The notes under the pieces: generated by a model
What the model was told of the DNA's origin: nothing
The model's input: the letters and a program-made list of their open reading frames with translations, nothing else
Database searches by the model: none
Shown here: positions 1 through 10,485 of the stretch, piece by piece
Numbering within the stretch: the stretch's first letter is position 1
Layout of the letters: each line of letters begins with the position of its first letter
Program-made: the position numbers and the translations under genes
Source: Bizionia arctica
GTDB taxonomy: Bacteria > Bacteroidota > Bacteroidia > Flavobacteriales > Flavobacteriaceae
Length of the DNA: 64,000 nucleotides
Assembly (NCBI RefSeq): GCF_014638915.1
Contig: NZ_BMFQ01000001.1
Coordinates: forward strand, 817,142-881,141
Reading direction: 5' to 3'

Positions 1-1359
1 GATATTTTAAAAGAGGAAGCTGGTGAAGGTATTCTAGTTCTTGAAAATTTTAAAGAGACAGTGCTTAGAGCTGGAAAAATTACACCTGCAGACATGGAGA
101 GTGAAGCATCTATATTGGCTGGAAACTCTGCATCTGGTGCCTTGGGTTCTTTAAAAGCAATCCCAAGAGCTTTACAAAATATTAATTGGTTAGAGTTACT
201 TTTGGCTCTTGGAACTATCATTCTAATTTATGGTTTTAAACGAATAACCACGGCCATTCCAAGTACCTTAGTTGCATTAGTGGTGGTCTCTGGAATTGCA
301 ATTGGTTTTGGTTTAGATTATAGACCAATTGAGGAAATTCCAAGTGGTTTTCCAATGATTAATATGGGGATTTTCAACGAATTCAGTTTTGGTAATTTAA
401 TGCCGTATTTCTTTACAGCATTTACCTTAGCCTTGTTAGGTTCTATTGATTCTTTATTAACAAGTGTTGTTGCAGATAACGTTACAAAAACAAAACATAA
501 ACCCAATAAAGAACTTATCGGACAAGGTATTGGTAATAGTATTGCTGGACTTTTTGGTGGATTACCTGGTGCAGGTGCAACCATTAGAACCGTTGTAAAT
601 ATCAATGCTGGAGGTAAAACTAGGCTTTCAGGAATGATAGCCGGTATTCTTTTATTGGTTATTCTTTTAGCTTTAGGACCTATAGCTTCACAAATACCTG
701 CAGCTGTTTTAGCGGGAATTTTGATTACTGTTGGAATTGGCGTTATGGATTATAAAGGTTTAAAAGCCATTCCTTCTCTTCCTAAAGATATAAAAATAGG
801 GCCTTTTAAATTAAGCTCAGAGGTCTTAATTATGATTGTCGTTTTATTACTTTCTACTTTTTGGAATTTAGTTTATGCGGTTGGAATTGGGTTAATAATA
901 GCATCTCTATTATTTATGAAAAAAATTGGAGATTTAACAGCACAACGATCAGATGTTAAGTCTTTAACGAAAGAAAAAGCATGGGATGATGAAGCAAATT
1001 TCCCAGAGAAATTAAAAGAAGAAGTCTTTATTAAACACCTAAAAGGACCTTTGTTTTTTGGTTCTACAAGCGAGTTTCAAAGTTTAGCAGACCAGATTCC
1101 AATAACGGCTAAAACGGTGATTATTCGTTTAGGACGTATGCAATATATGGATCAATCTGGTTTATATGCTATGGAAGATGTGCTTCATGATTTAAACAAA
1201 AAAAACATAACCGTTTTATTTGTGGGCTTATTGAAACAACCTAGATATATGATGGAACGAATTGATATTATTCCAGATTTAATACATCCTAGTCAAATAT
1301 TTACTACTTTTAAAGCATGTACTACTTGGATAAAAAGTAATGTAAAAGATATTTACTAA
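1..1359 (+). CDS. SulP-family inorganic anion (bicarbonate/sulfate-type) transporter, 5'-truncated by the window edge; C-terminal STAS domain
   Basis: Reading frame is open from base 1 (DILKEEAGEGILVLENFKET...) and aligns residue-for-residue with the middle and C-terminal part of the complete paralog at 2751-4616 (AGNSA-SALG-KAIPRALQ-INWLEL, GPLFFG STAS region). The Met at 61 in the ORF track is internal. Confidence 0.85.
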   Translation, partial: DILKEEAGEGILVLENFKETVLRAGKITPADMESEASILAGNSASGALGSLKAIPRALQNINWLELLLALGTIILIYGFKRITTAIPSTLVALVVVSGIAIGFGLDYRPIEEIPSGFPMINMGIFNEFSFGNLMPYFFTAFTLALLGSIDSLLTSVVADNVTKTKHKPNKELIGQGIGNSIAGLFGGLPGAGATIRTVVNINAGGKTRLSGMIAGILLLVILLALGPIASQIPAAVLAGILITVGIGVMDYKGLKAIPSLPKDIKIGPFKLSSEVLIMIVVLLLSTFWNLVYAVGIGLIIASLLFMKKIGDLTAQRSDVKSLTKEKAWDDEANFPEKLKEEVFIKHLKGPLFFGSTSEFQSLADQIPITAKTVIIRLGRMQYMDQSGLYAMEDVLHDLNKKNITVLFVGLLKQPRYMMERIDIIPDLIHPSQIFTTFKACTTWIKSNVKDIY

Positions 1360-1363
1360 TCAT

Positions 1364-1990
1364 ATGAACATCGATAAAGTATTTGAAAATAATAAAGCCT
1401 GGATTCAAGAAAAGTTAGAAGTTAATAAAGATTATTTCGAAGATTTAGGGAAAGGACAAAATCCGGAATTGCTATATATTGGATGCTCAGATAGTCGAGT
1501 AACTGCCGAAGAACTCATGGGAGCAAAGCCTGGAGAAGTATTTGTGCATAGAAACATAGCAAATATGGTTATTAGTATCGACCTAAATGTGATGTCTGTT
1601 ATCAACTATGCAGTAAATCATCTGGAAGTGAAACATGTTATCGTTTGTGGACATTATGCTTGTGGTGGTGTAAAAGCCGCGATGCAGTCTGCAGATTTAG
1701 GAATTCTTAACCCTTGGTTACGTAATATTCGTGATGTATATAGAATTCATAGAGATGAATTAAATGCGATTGTAGATGAAGAAAAACGTTACGACAAGCT
1801 TGTAGAGCTTAATGTAAAAGAACAGTGTGTGAATTTAATTAAAACCGCTGCTGTTCAAAAAGCATATAGAGATAGAGGTCTAATAGTGCATGGTTGGGTT
1901 TTTGATGTGCATACTGGAAAACTCATCGATTTAAAAATTGACTTTGAAAAATATCTCAAAGATATCATGGAAATTTATCATCTAGATTAG
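1364..1990 (+). CDS. beta-class carbonic anhydrase
   Basis: Beta-CA zinc-ligand motifs CSDSRV and HYACGGV. About 208 aa. Starts 4 bp after the SulP stop. Confidence 0.9.
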   Translation: MNIDKVFENNKAWIQEKLEVNKDYFEDLGKGQNPELLYIGCSDSRVTAEELMGAKPGEVFVHRNIANMVISIDLNVMSVINYAVNHLEVKHVIVCGHYACGGVKAAMQSADLGILNPWLRNIRDVYRIHRDELNAIVDEEKRYDKLVELNVKEQCVNLIKTAAVQKAYRDRGLIVHGWVFDVHTGKLIDLKIDFEKYLKDIMEIYHLD

Positions 1991-1996
1991 TTTATA

Positions 1997-2027
1997 AAGC
2001 CACGTTTAACCACGTGGCTTTTTTTAT
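1997..2027 (+). terminator. rho-independent terminator (hairpin aaagccacgt/acgtggcttt plus T-run)
   Basis: Perfect 10-bp stem followed by TTTTTTT immediately after the carbonic anhydrase stop. Confidence 0.6.
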
Positions 2028-2103
2028 TATAACCAATTACAACTAATAAATACCAAAACCCTATCTTTAAACTTTAATATGAATAGTAACTAAAACATCT
2101 AAA

Positions 2104-2739
2104 ATGAATTCTTTTTATAAAAAATTATTGGACAATAACAAGAAATGGGTTGATGAGAAATTAAAAATAGATGAAAACTATTTTGTTGATTTATCTAAAG
2201 GACAAACCCCACCATTATTATGGATAGGATGTGCAGATAGTAGAGTGCCTGCAAATGAAGTAATTGGAGGGAAACCTGGAGAAGTTTTTGTACATAGAAA
2301 TATTGCAAACCTAGTTTTACATACAGATATGAATATGTTAAGCGTCCTAGATTATGCCGTTAATGCTCTAAAAGTAAAACATATCATTGTTTGTGGTCAT
2401 TATGGTTGTGGAGGTGTTAAAGCTGCTATGGGAAATGATTCCATTGGAATAATAGACAACTGGATAAGACACATAAAAGATGTTTATAGACTTCATCAAG
2501 GAGAATTAGACGCTATTGAAGACGAAACAGAACGTTTTAATAAATTTGTTGATTTAAATGTGTACGAACAAGTATTCGATCTTGCCAAAACATCCATCGT
2601 TCAATCTGCATGGAAAAATGGCCAAGAACTTAATTTACACGGCTGGGTTTATACCTTAGATTCTGGTTTAGTAAAAGATTTAGGCGTAAATATTAGCAAC
2701 GATTCTGAATTATCTGACGTATATCAACTTAATTTTTAA
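2104..2739 (+). CDS. beta-class carbonic anhydrase (paralog)
   Basis: CADSRV and HYGCGGV motifs. About 60% identical to the 1364-1990 product. Confidence 0.9.
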   Translation: MNSFYKKLLDNNKKWVDEKLKIDENYFVDLSKGQTPPLLWIGCADSRVPANEVIGGKPGEVFVHRNIANLVLHTDMNMLSVLDYAVNALKVKHIIVCGHYGCGGVKAAMGNDSIGIIDNWIRHIKDVYRLHQGELDAIEDETERFNKFVDLNVYEQVFDLAKTSIVQSAWKNGQELNLHGWVYTLDSGLVKDLGVNISNDSELSDVYQLNF

Positions 2740-2750
2740 AATTTTAATAA

Positions 2751-4616
2751 ATGAAAAACTTTTTTTCAAATCTTAAAGGGGATGCCTTTGGAGGAATTAC
2801 AGCTGGAATCGTCGCTTTACCATTAGCATTAGCCTTTGGTGTGTCTTCTGGATTAGGCCCAAGTGCGGGACTTTATGGCGCCATATTTTTAAGTTTTTTC
2901 GCAGCCTTTTTTGGGGGAACAAGTACTCAGATTTCTGGACCTACTGCGCCACTTACTGCCGTAAGTATGGTTTTAATTTCAGGTCTTCTTGCTTTAAATG
3001 AAGGAGATGTTAGTAAATCGCTTCCAATTATTCTTGCCGTCTTTATTATGGCTGGATTAATGCAAGTGGCTCTTGGTGTTTTTGGTTTTGGAAAATATAT
3101 TAAATACATCCCATATCCTGTAATTTCAGGATTTATGACAGCCATTGGACTTATAATTTTAATTACACAAATACTTCCAGCTGTTGGATATTATCCTGGG
3201 GAAGACACAGAACTGGTCAATCAATACAAACCACAGGCTGAAGAAATGATTCTAAAAGATATTCTAAAAGAAGAATCTGGTGAAGGCATTTTGGTTATAA
3301 ATAATATCAAAGAAACCTTAGGACGTGCGCAACTTACTACAAGTGAAGAGATCCTGAAAGAATCTCAAATCTTAGCAGGTAATTCTGCAACAAGTGCTTT
3401 AGGAGCTGTTAAAGCCATTCCAAGAGCCTTGCAACATATTAATTGGTTAGAATTATTTTTAGCACTTGGAACAATCTTTATTATTTATGGATTTAAACGA
3501 ATAACAAAAGTAATTCCAAGCACGCTCGTCGCATTAGTTGTTGTTTCTGGAATTGCCGTTGGTTTTGGCTTGGATTATAGACCTATTGAAGAAATTCCGG
3601 GAGGTTTTCCAATTCCTAACTTAAGCATTTTTACCGAATTTAATTTTGGTAATATTTCGCCATATATTTTTACGGCTTTTACTCTAGCTTTACTTGGAGC
3701 TATAGATTCACTTTTAACCAGTGTTGTGGCAGATAATGTTACAAAAACCAGACACAATCCTAATAAAGAACTTATTGGACAAGGGATAGGAAATAGTATT
3801 GCTGGTTTATTTGGTGGATTACCTGGGGCAGGAGCAACAATTAGAACTGTTGTAAATATAAATGCAGGAGGAAAAACCAGACTTTCTGGAATGATTTCTG
3901 GAGTTATGCTTTTGTTGGTTCTTTTATTAATAGGCCCTGTCGCTTCACAAATTCCAGCGGCTGTTTTAGCAGGAATCTTAATTACTGTAGGAATTGGTGT
4001 TATGGATTATAAAGGTCTTAAAGCAATTCCAAGCATGCCTAAAGACATGAAAGTTGGACCAATAAAATTAAGCTCAGAAGTCTTAATCATGATTATAGTT
4101 TTACTGCTTTCTACCTTTTGGAATCTAGTATATGCTGTTGGGATTGGGCTAATGATTGCCTCTTTAATGTTTATGAAAAAAATTGGGGATCTTACTGCAG
4201 AACGTTCTGATGTGAAATCTTTAGGAAATGAAAAAGCTTGGGATGATGAAGCAAATTTTCCAGAATATTTAAAACAAGAAGTGTTTATAAAACATATTAA
4301 AGGACCTTTGTTTTTTGGAACTACAAGCGATTTTCAAATTCTTTCAGATCAAATTCCTAAAACGGCTTCAACAGTCATAATTAGAACCGGACGAATGGCA
4401 TATATCGATCAATCTGGTTTATATGCCTTGGAAGATGTTTTAATTGATTTAAAAAAGAATAACATGAATGTCCTTATTGTTGGTTTATTAGAACAACCAA
4501 GATATTTAATGGAACGTATAGATATTATTCCTGGGTTAGTTCCAGAAGAACACTTGTTTGCAGATTTTAATGAGTGCCTTAGTTGGGTTAAAGCCAACGT
4601 TAAAAACAAATCTTAA
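2751..4616 (+). CDS. SulP-family inorganic anion transporter with C-terminal STAS domain (621 aa)
   Basis: N-terminal multi-TM SulP core and a C-terminal STAS (GPLFFGTTSDF...). Starts 11 bp after the second carbonic anhydrase. Carries an ~85-aa hydrophilic insertion (PGEDTELVNQ...ALQHINW) inside the membrane domain that is also present in the partial paralog. Confidence 0.85.
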   Translation: MKNFFSNLKGDAFGGITAGIVALPLALAFGVSSGLGPSAGLYGAIFLSFFAAFFGGTSTQISGPTAPLTAVSMVLISGLLALNEGDVSKSLPIILAVFIMAGLMQVALGVFGFGKYIKYIPYPVISGFMTAIGLIILITQILPAVGYYPGEDTELVNQYKPQAEEMILKDILKEESGEGILVINNIKETLGRAQLTTSEEILKESQILAGNSATSALGAVKAIPRALQHINWLELFLALGTIFIIYGFKRITKVIPSTLVALVVVSGIAVGFGLDYRPIEEIPGGFPIPNLSIFTEFNFGNISPYIFTAFTLALLGAIDSLLTSVVADNVTKTRHNPNKELIGQGIGNSIAGLFGGLPGAGATIRTVVNINAGGKTRLSGMISGVMLLLVLLLIGPVASQIPAAVLAGILITVGIGVMDYKGLKAIPSMPKDMKVGPIKLSSEVLIMIIVLLLSTFWNLVYAVGIGLMIASLMFMKKIGDLTAERSDVKSLGNEKAWDDEANFPEYLKQEVFIKHIKGPLFFGTTSDFQILSDQIPKTASTVIIRTGRMAYIDQSGLYALEDVLIDLKKNNMNVLIVGLLEQPRYLMERIDIIPGLVPEEHLFADFNECLSWVKANVKNKS

Positions 4617-4630
4617 TTGAAACAAATTAC

Positions 4631-4662
4631 AAAAGCCACTTTAAAAAGTGGCTTTTTTTTTA
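4631..4662. terminator. bidirectional hairpin terminator between convergent genes
   Basis: aaaagccacttt aaaaagtggctttt flanked by an A-run and a T-run. Confidence 0.6.
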
Positions 4663-4677
4663 TTATCTCTTAACTAC

Positions 4678-5781
4678 TTATTGTAATAAACTATAAGCAA
4701 ATTCAGGATGGCCACGCTCGCCAGACTCATTCGTTAAAGCTAAAAATTTAAGCTTGTACAAGTTTCCATCTGTATCATTAACAACATAAAATACAGTAGT
4801 TTTTAATGAAGGTTCAGAACTAGGTCCTCCGCCATTTCTCCAACTGCTTCCTATACTACGTTGGTCGTTACTAAAGTTACTATCTATGACATCTCCTAGA
4901 GTAAAGTTGTTGTATGTTAAGTCAGTTTCAACTTCGGTATCTATCATATAAGCTTGGGCATTAGCTTTACTATTATTTACAACAAAATCAGTAAAACCGT
5001 ATGCACCATAACTGTCTGGACCAGCAAATACTTCATTTGTAAATACTGTAAAGTTTAAATCCCATTGAGTTTTAATTGGTTCTACATTAACTTCAGATTC
5101 TGTATTAAAGCTAAAAAATGTAAAATTGTAACTCGGATTTTTAGAAATGGTTACTTCTTGATGCGTTGTAGCGTCTAAATCGGCATATTGTAAAACATAA
5201 TCATTGCCACTTTTTAACACACGAATTTTCATCCAACCTCTAGCATCTCCTTCAACTGCAACCGTTCCATTAGCTGGAGTTGTTGTACCAACTTCAGACC
5301 CTAAGTTTAATAAATACACAGGATTTTCAACATCCGTATCTGAAATAGCATCAATTGCTGTTCCATTAATATTGCCATATGGCGCGTCTATAAATGCCAT
5401 ACTATCAGGGTTAAAGGTTCCAACAGCTACTTGAGGTTGTAAAGCTTGAACTTCAGCAGATGATGAATTTACAGCATCAATATCAAATGTTGTTAGTTCT
5501 GCGGTAGCCATATAAATAGAGCCATTTATAGCTACTCTAAATTCTGATCCAGAATAAAATCCTAAATCCCAAGTGTCTCTCTGCACATTTGTAGATGTAT
5601 TGGTGCTTAAGTCTATATATACTTGATTTTGCTCGTTTGGTCCGCCTACTTGTGGCTCTATGGCCGCTCCTTCTATAATAATATTTATAGGTCCAGAAGT
5701 TGTATTGTCGTCATCGCTACTACAGCTAAAGGTTGTTGCTAATAGTAATCCAAATAGGAATATTGAAAATTTGTTTGTCAT
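4678..5781 (-). CDS. surface lipoprotein, possibly HmuY-like heme-binding partner of the adjacent TonB-dependent receptor
   Basis: Signal peptide plus lipobox (LLATTFSCSSDDD). Two WDLxF motifs and a C-terminal GERGxPEFxYSLL tail reminiscent of the HmuY family. Sits directly downstream of, and co-oriented with, the receptor gene. Confidence 0.4.
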   Translation of the reverse strand: MTNKFSIFLFGLLLATTFSCSSDDDNTTSGPINIIIEGAAIEPQVGGPNEQNQVYIDLSTNTSTNVQRDTWDLGFYSGSEFRVAINGSIYMATAELTTFDIDAVNSSSAEVQALQPQVAVGTFNPDSMAFIDAPYGNINGTAIDAISDTDVENPVYLLNLGSEVGTTTPANGTVAVEGDARGWMKIRVLKSGNDYVLQYADLDATTHQEVTISKNPSYNFTFFSFNTESEVNVEPIKTQWDLNFTVFTNEVFAGPDSYGAYGFTDFVVNNSKANAQAYMIDTEVETDLTYNNFTLGDVIDSNFSNDQRSIGSSWRNGGGPSSEPSLKTTVFYVVNDTDGNLYKLKFLALTNESGERGHPEFAYSLLQ

Positions 5782-5802
5782 GATAATTGTTTTATAGTGG
5801 TT

Positions 5803-7938
5803 TTAAAAATTGAATGTATATAATAGTTTTAAGTAGAAAGAGCGTCCATAACCTAAGGTTAAGTTATCGCTACTTCCACTGTGTGTTCCTCCAGATGAAT
5901 TGGCGCTTTGAATATTAACTGAAGTTATGTCTAGTAAGTTTCTAGCTCCTACAGTTACCTGAAAAGTATCTTTAAAAAAATCCTTTTTAATGGAAGCATC
6001 TAGCCAACTATAGGGATCTAAAGTTTCTATTGTAAAAAGATTATCTCCATTAGCATCAACACCAGAGGCTACATAATTTTGTTGTTCGCTATTATATTTA
6101 TAAAGTATGGTGAAAAAAGTGTCCCATTTTTTTAATTGATACGTAACACTCGAGTTAATTTGAAATGCATAAAGAAAGTCGTCGTTTGTATTTACTTCAT
6201 TGCCTAATCCTCTAGAAATCCCTTGTAATGTAGCTCCTAAATTAAAGGTCCAATGGCTTGATTGTATGGAGTTATCTAAGGTTAAACCAAAAAGTTTATA
6301 ACTGTCTATATTAATATATTGGTATTGTAACGGAGTGGTATTTACTATCGCTAAATCTATTTTGTCTTCTAAGGAGATATAGCTAAATTTTATTTCGTTT
6401 TGTAAAGAGATGTCATCAAACCAACTGCGTTTTTTTAAATTTACAAAGGCAGTGTAACCATTTTCAGGATTTAGGTTTTCATTACCGCGAACATCATGAT
6501 TAGAATCTACGAAGTAGTAATAAAGCTCTTCGAAATTTGGAGTTCTGTAGGAGCTACCCACATTGGCTCGAAGTTCAAACCCATGTTTCAATAAATATCT
6601 GGCACTTAAAGAACCAAGTAGTTTCGATTGAAATAGAGAATTATATTCATATCGCAATCCTGGTCTTACAGAAAAGGCTTCTGTAAAGTTGTATTCTGCC
6701 GAAGCATATGTTGCTAAATTGTATTGAGATTGGGTTTTATCTAATTGGCTGTAATCTCCTGAAGACTGGGTATCAAATCCTTCAATATATCTTGTTTCAT
6801 AACCTAATTGAAAATTAAATTTGTCGTTTTTGATTAAGTTATTTACAGCTCCATTAGAAAAAAACACTTTAGTAGATTGGTAGGTTTCGTCTATTTCTTC
6901 GGTTTTTTCGCCACTTAAAATATAATAGTTAAATTCATTTATATCACGTTTTTGCTGCTGATAAGAAAAGGATGCTTTATAGTTAGCACCAGAATTAAAT
7001 GAACCCGAGATATTGATGTTATTTACAAAACGATTGGTTGTATAAATTCTATCGGTTGATGAAGGATTTGAGGTTTGATTGTTAAAATCTATATTTTCTC
7101 TAACAGTCTGGTCGTAATAATCAAGAACTTCATTAAAATAATCAAATCTATAATTAAGTCTAAATTTCTCACTGTTATAATTTAAAAGCGCATTGGTATT
7201 AATTTGAGTTTTTGGCAACCATTCATAACCTCTTAAACTGTCGTTCTGATAGTAATCTTTTCCTTGTCTGTCATTTAAAAAACCAGCAAATTGGTTTCTG
7301 TTAAATCCTACTCTGGCATAAAATTTATCATTGATATTATGAGACACATTCAAAGATTGTATGTGCCTGCCTTCATCAAACCAAGCATATTCATCGCTTA
7401 CCGTTTCTTCTTGAACCGAAGCTTGTATCTCCCAATCCGTATCAATAGATTTTTTGGTAATTATGTTAATCACCCCTGAAACGGCATTGGCACCATACTC
7501 AACTCCCATGGAACCTTCTACTATTTCTATGCGCTCAATTTCATCAAGATTAACTTGTGTTAAATCTACATTATTACCTAAACCATTATCACTAACCAAA
7601 GGAATGTTATCTACTAGAATATTAAAATATTGAGAGTCTAACCCGAAAAATGAAATTTGAGATTTACCTGTTTGAGAATTTGGAGTCACTGTCAGGTTTA
7701 GATTGAAATTCAATAAATCGGCTAAATTATTAGCTGCCTGATTTTCAATTTGCTCTCTATCAATAACAATTACACTATGAATCGATTTTCTTATAGACTC
7801 TGGATTGTATTGTCCAGTAATAACAACTTCATTAAGTGCTTCAGTTTTAGTAGAATCCGTAGGAATTTCTTGAGCAAAAACCATCGGACTTAAAAAAAGT
7901 GAAAAATAAATGAAGATATTATTTTTATTTAGACTCAT
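5803..7938 (-). CDS. TonB-dependent outer membrane receptor (711 aa)
   Basis: Signal peptide, TonB box/plug region (EALNEVVITGQ), long beta-barrel with a terminal aromatic residue (…YTFNF). Confidence 0.85.
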   Translation of the reverse strand: MSLNKNNIFIYFSLFLSPMVFAQEIPTDSTKTEALNEVVITGQYNPESIRKSIHSVIVIDREQIENQAANNLADLLNFNLNLTVTPNSQTGKSQISFFGLDSQYFNILVDNIPLVSDNGLGNNVDLTQVNLDEIERIEIVEGSMGVEYGANAVSGVINIITKKSIDTDWEIQASVQEETVSDEYAWFDEGRHIQSLNVSHNINDKFYARVGFNRNQFAGFLNDRQGKDYYQNDSLRGYEWLPKTQINTNALLNYNSEKFRLNYRFDYFNEVLDYYDQTVRENIDFNNQTSNPSSTDRIYTTNRFVNNINISGSFNSGANYKASFSYQQQKRDINEFNYYILSGEKTEEIDETYQSTKVFFSNGAVNNLIKNDKFNFQLGYETRYIEGFDTQSSGDYSQLDKTQSQYNLATYASAEYNFTEAFSVRPGLRYEYNSLFQSKLLGSLSARYLLKHGFELRANVGSSYRTPNFEELYYYFVDSNHDVRGNENLNPENGYTAFVNLKKRSWFDDISLQNEIKFSYISLEDKIDLAIVNTTPLQYQYINIDSYKLFGLTLDNSIQSSHWTFNLGATLQGISRGLGNEVNTNDDFLYAFQINSSVTYQLKKWDTFFTILYKYNSEQQNYVASGVDANGDNLFTIETLDPYSWLDASIKKDFFKDTFQVTVGARNLLDITSVNIQSANSSGGTHSGSSDNLTLGYGRSFYLKLLYTFNF

Positions 7939-8042
7939 TCTTATTTAAATTTGCTGCAAATATAGAATCTTATTTTAAATCAGTCTAAATAAGAATAGAA
8001 ATTTTTAAATTAATTTTAAGAAACCATAAAAACAATCTTTTA

Positions 8043-8942
8043 ATGAAACGATTAGCCATTTTAGCCCTTTTAATAACTACCATCACTTCAGCACAAAACA
8101 AAAAAGAAAAAGACCAAAAAGCCATTAAAGACATGTGTGGTTGCTATGAAGTAACCTTTAATTTTACTGAAACTTTTGAATATTCTGGCGATTCAACCTA
8201 TTTAGCTTCCGAAGTAAAACATGATAAAGGTTTAGAATGGGTAGAGTTGATTCAAGATGCCGATGATAAAATCGCCATGCAACATTTATTGATTGTAGGC
8301 ACAGCTGAACGTCCATATATTGTGAAGCACTGGAGACAAGACTGGGAATTTGAAAATACAAATTTATACGAATACAATCATAATAACATATGGCAATATG
8401 TAAACCTTTCTAAAGAGGAGGTAAAAGGACAATGGACTCAAAAAGTATTTCAAGTAGATGATAGTCCGCGTTATGAAGGTTCTGCTTCTTGGGTACATGT
8501 TGATGGTAAAAGCTATTGGGAAAATGAAACTTCTGCGCCATTACCAAGACGTGAGTACACTACACGAAGCGATTACAATGTTACAACAAGAAGAAACAGA
8601 CATGAGATTACATCTTACGGTTGGTTACATGAACAGGATAACGATAAAGTTATTCGTAAAGACGGAACTGAAGATGTTATCTTAGCCCAAGAAAAAGGAT
8701 ACAATACTTATAAAAAAGTAGCCGATACTAAATGTCAAGCGGGTCAAGACTATTGGACAAAAAACAAAGATAAATGGGCTATAGTTCGTGCCAAATGGGA
8801 TGAAGTTTTTGGAAGAAATACCGATTTAATTTTAGAAGAAAAAGTTGATAATAAAGTAATGTTTAAGTATTTGTTAGACGACGAAAACTATAAAACTGTT
8901 GAAGACATTGATCCAGTAATCGAATCATTTATAAAATCTTAA
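8043..8942 (+). CDS. secreted hypothetical protein (299 aa)
   Basis: N-terminal signal peptide (MKRLAILALLITTITSAQ). No motif I can name. Divergent from the TonB receptor gene. Confidence 0.5.
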   Translation: MKRLAILALLITTITSAQNKKEKDQKAIKDMCGCYEVTFNFTETFEYSGDSTYLASEVKHDKGLEWVELIQDADDKIAMQHLLIVGTAERPYIVKHWRQDWEFENTNLYEYNHNNIWQYVNLSKEEVKGQWTQKVFQVDDSPRYEGSASWVHVDGKSYWENETSAPLPRREYTTRSDYNVTTRRNRHEITSYGWLHEQDNDKVIRKDGTEDVILAQEKGYNTYKKVADTKCQAGQDYWTKNKDKWAIVRAKWDEVFGRNTDLILEEKVDNKVMFKYLLDDENYKTVEDIDPVIESFIKS

Positions 8943-8946
8943 GAGA

Positions 8947-10425
8947 ATGACTTATTTAAAAAAATTATCCATATTAGTTGTCCTTGTAGTCGGATTTCAA
9001 ATGACGGCTCAGGACAATGAATTTCTAAATCGTGACTTTTGGGGTTCAAATCCAAGCATTCAAGATGTAGATTCAAAAATAAAAGCTGGAAATAATATAG
9101 CAGAAGCCAATAGCAACAATTTTGATGCTGTTGTTTATGCCATCTTACAAGATGCTCCAAACGAAACTATAGAATACATTCAATCCAAACCAGGAAATGA
9201 TGTCAATAAATTAACCCACGATGGAAGAACCTATATCTTTTGGGCAGCTTATAAAGGGAATACGGAGATCATGGAGTTTCTTCTAAAAAAAGGAGCCAAA
9301 ACAGATCTTACAGACGATAAAGGCAATACCATTTTAAATTTTGCCGCTTCTTCTGGTCAGGAAAACACAAAAGTTTACGACTTGTGTATTGCAAACGGGG
9401 CAGATTTAAATAAGGATCTTAATCCAGATGGTGCCAATGCGCTATTATTAGCCGCTCCTTTTGATACAGATTTTAAATTGATAGACTATTTCGTTTCTAA
9501 TGGCATGGACATTCAAAGTGTGGATTTTGAAAATAACGGAATTTTTAATTACGTTTCTAAAACAGGGAATATCGACTTGCTAAAACAATTTTTAGATAAA
9601 GGTATTAAAGGAAATGATAACGCTTTTATATTTGCGGCTACTGGTCCTAGAGGTAAATCAAATGGAATAGAAGTATACCAATTTTTAGAGTCTTCAGGAT
9701 TAAATCCGAATACCAAAAACACCGAAGGCGTTACACCATTGCATGTTGTTGCTTCGAAAAATCAGGATTTAGAAATTATAAGCTATTTCATTCAGAAAGG
9801 AAACGATGTGAATGCCTTGGACAAAAATGAAAATACCCCATTTTTAAATGCTTCAAGTGGTAATAATTTAGAAGTTGTTTCTTTATTGTTTAAGGATGTT
9901 ACAAATATAAATTCAACAAATAAAAAGGGAGAGTCTGCTTTAAGTTTGGCAGTTTCTAACAATAGCCTTGAAGTTGTCGAATTTTTAATTAATAACAAAG
10001 CAGATGTTATGGTTGCAGATGCAAATGGTAATAATTTAACCTATTACCTAATGGATTCTTTTAATTCAAAAAAAGTTAAAGACTTTGAAGCTAAAGCAAC
10101 CCTTTTAAAATCCAAAGGTTTAGATATTACAACGTCTCAAAAAAATGGAAATACCTTATATCATTTAGCTGTTGAAGAAAACAACCTAGAATTAATAGAA
10201 TGGGTTTCCAAGTACAAGGTAAACATCAATGCTAAAAATGCAGAAGGAAATACAGCATTGCATTTGGCAGCAATGAAAGCAACAGATACTGAAATTTTAA
10301 AATATTTAATATCTCAAGGTGCAAATGTAGAAGAGGTTACCGAGTTTGAAGAAACAGCTTACGATTTGGCTTCTGAAAACGAAATTTTAAAATCGAACCA
10401 AATAGAATTAGAATTTTTGAAGTAG
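8947..10425 (+). CDS. secreted ankyrin-repeat protein (492 aa)
   Basis: Signal peptide, then repeated ANK consensus (GxTPLHxAA / GNTALHLAA / GNTLYHLAV) throughout. Starts 4 bp after the previous gene. Confidence 0.85.
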   Translation: MTYLKKLSILVVLVVGFQMTAQDNEFLNRDFWGSNPSIQDVDSKIKAGNNIAEANSNNFDAVVYAILQDAPNETIEYIQSKPGNDVNKLTHDGRTYIFWAAYKGNTEIMEFLLKKGAKTDLTDDKGNTILNFAASSGQENTKVYDLCIANGADLNKDLNPDGANALLLAAPFDTDFKLIDYFVSNGMDIQSVDFENNGIFNYVSKTGNIDLLKQFLDKGIKGNDNAFIFAATGPRGKSNGIEVYQFLESSGLNPNTKNTEGVTPLHVVASKNQDLEIISYFIQKGNDVNALDKNENTPFLNASSGNNLEVVSLLFKDVTNINSTNKKGESALSLAVSNNSLEVVEFLINNKADVMVADANGNNLTYYLMDSFNSKKVKDFEAKATLLKSKGLDITTSQKNGNTLYHLAVEENNLELIEWVSKYKVNINAKNAEGNTALHLAAMKATDTEILKYLISQGANVEEVTEFEETAYDLASENEILKSNQIELEFLK

Positions 10426-10435
10426 TTAATTATAA

Positions 10436-10469
10436 GAAACCTGCAAGTTTATACTGATTTTGCAGGTTC
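10436..10469 (+). terminator. hairpin terminator (gaaacctgcaa...ttgcaggttc)
   Basis: 11-bp inverted repeat right after the ankyrin gene stop. Weak T-run. Confidence 0.4.
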
Positions 10470-10485
10470 TTCAAAATTAAAAGAC

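Noticed and set aside
318-605. 95-aa minus-strand ORF inside the SulP gene (similar ones at 2927-3145, 3575-3757, 4409-4609)
   Set aside because: Antisense to a well-supported transporter CDS. Low-complexity translation. No promoter context.
8164-8361. Short minus-strand ORFs scattered through the window (65-100 aa, e.g. 8164-8361, 12376-12558, 31715-31915, 61616-61858)
   Set aside because: All lie antisense within strongly supported CDS and have no start or terminator context.
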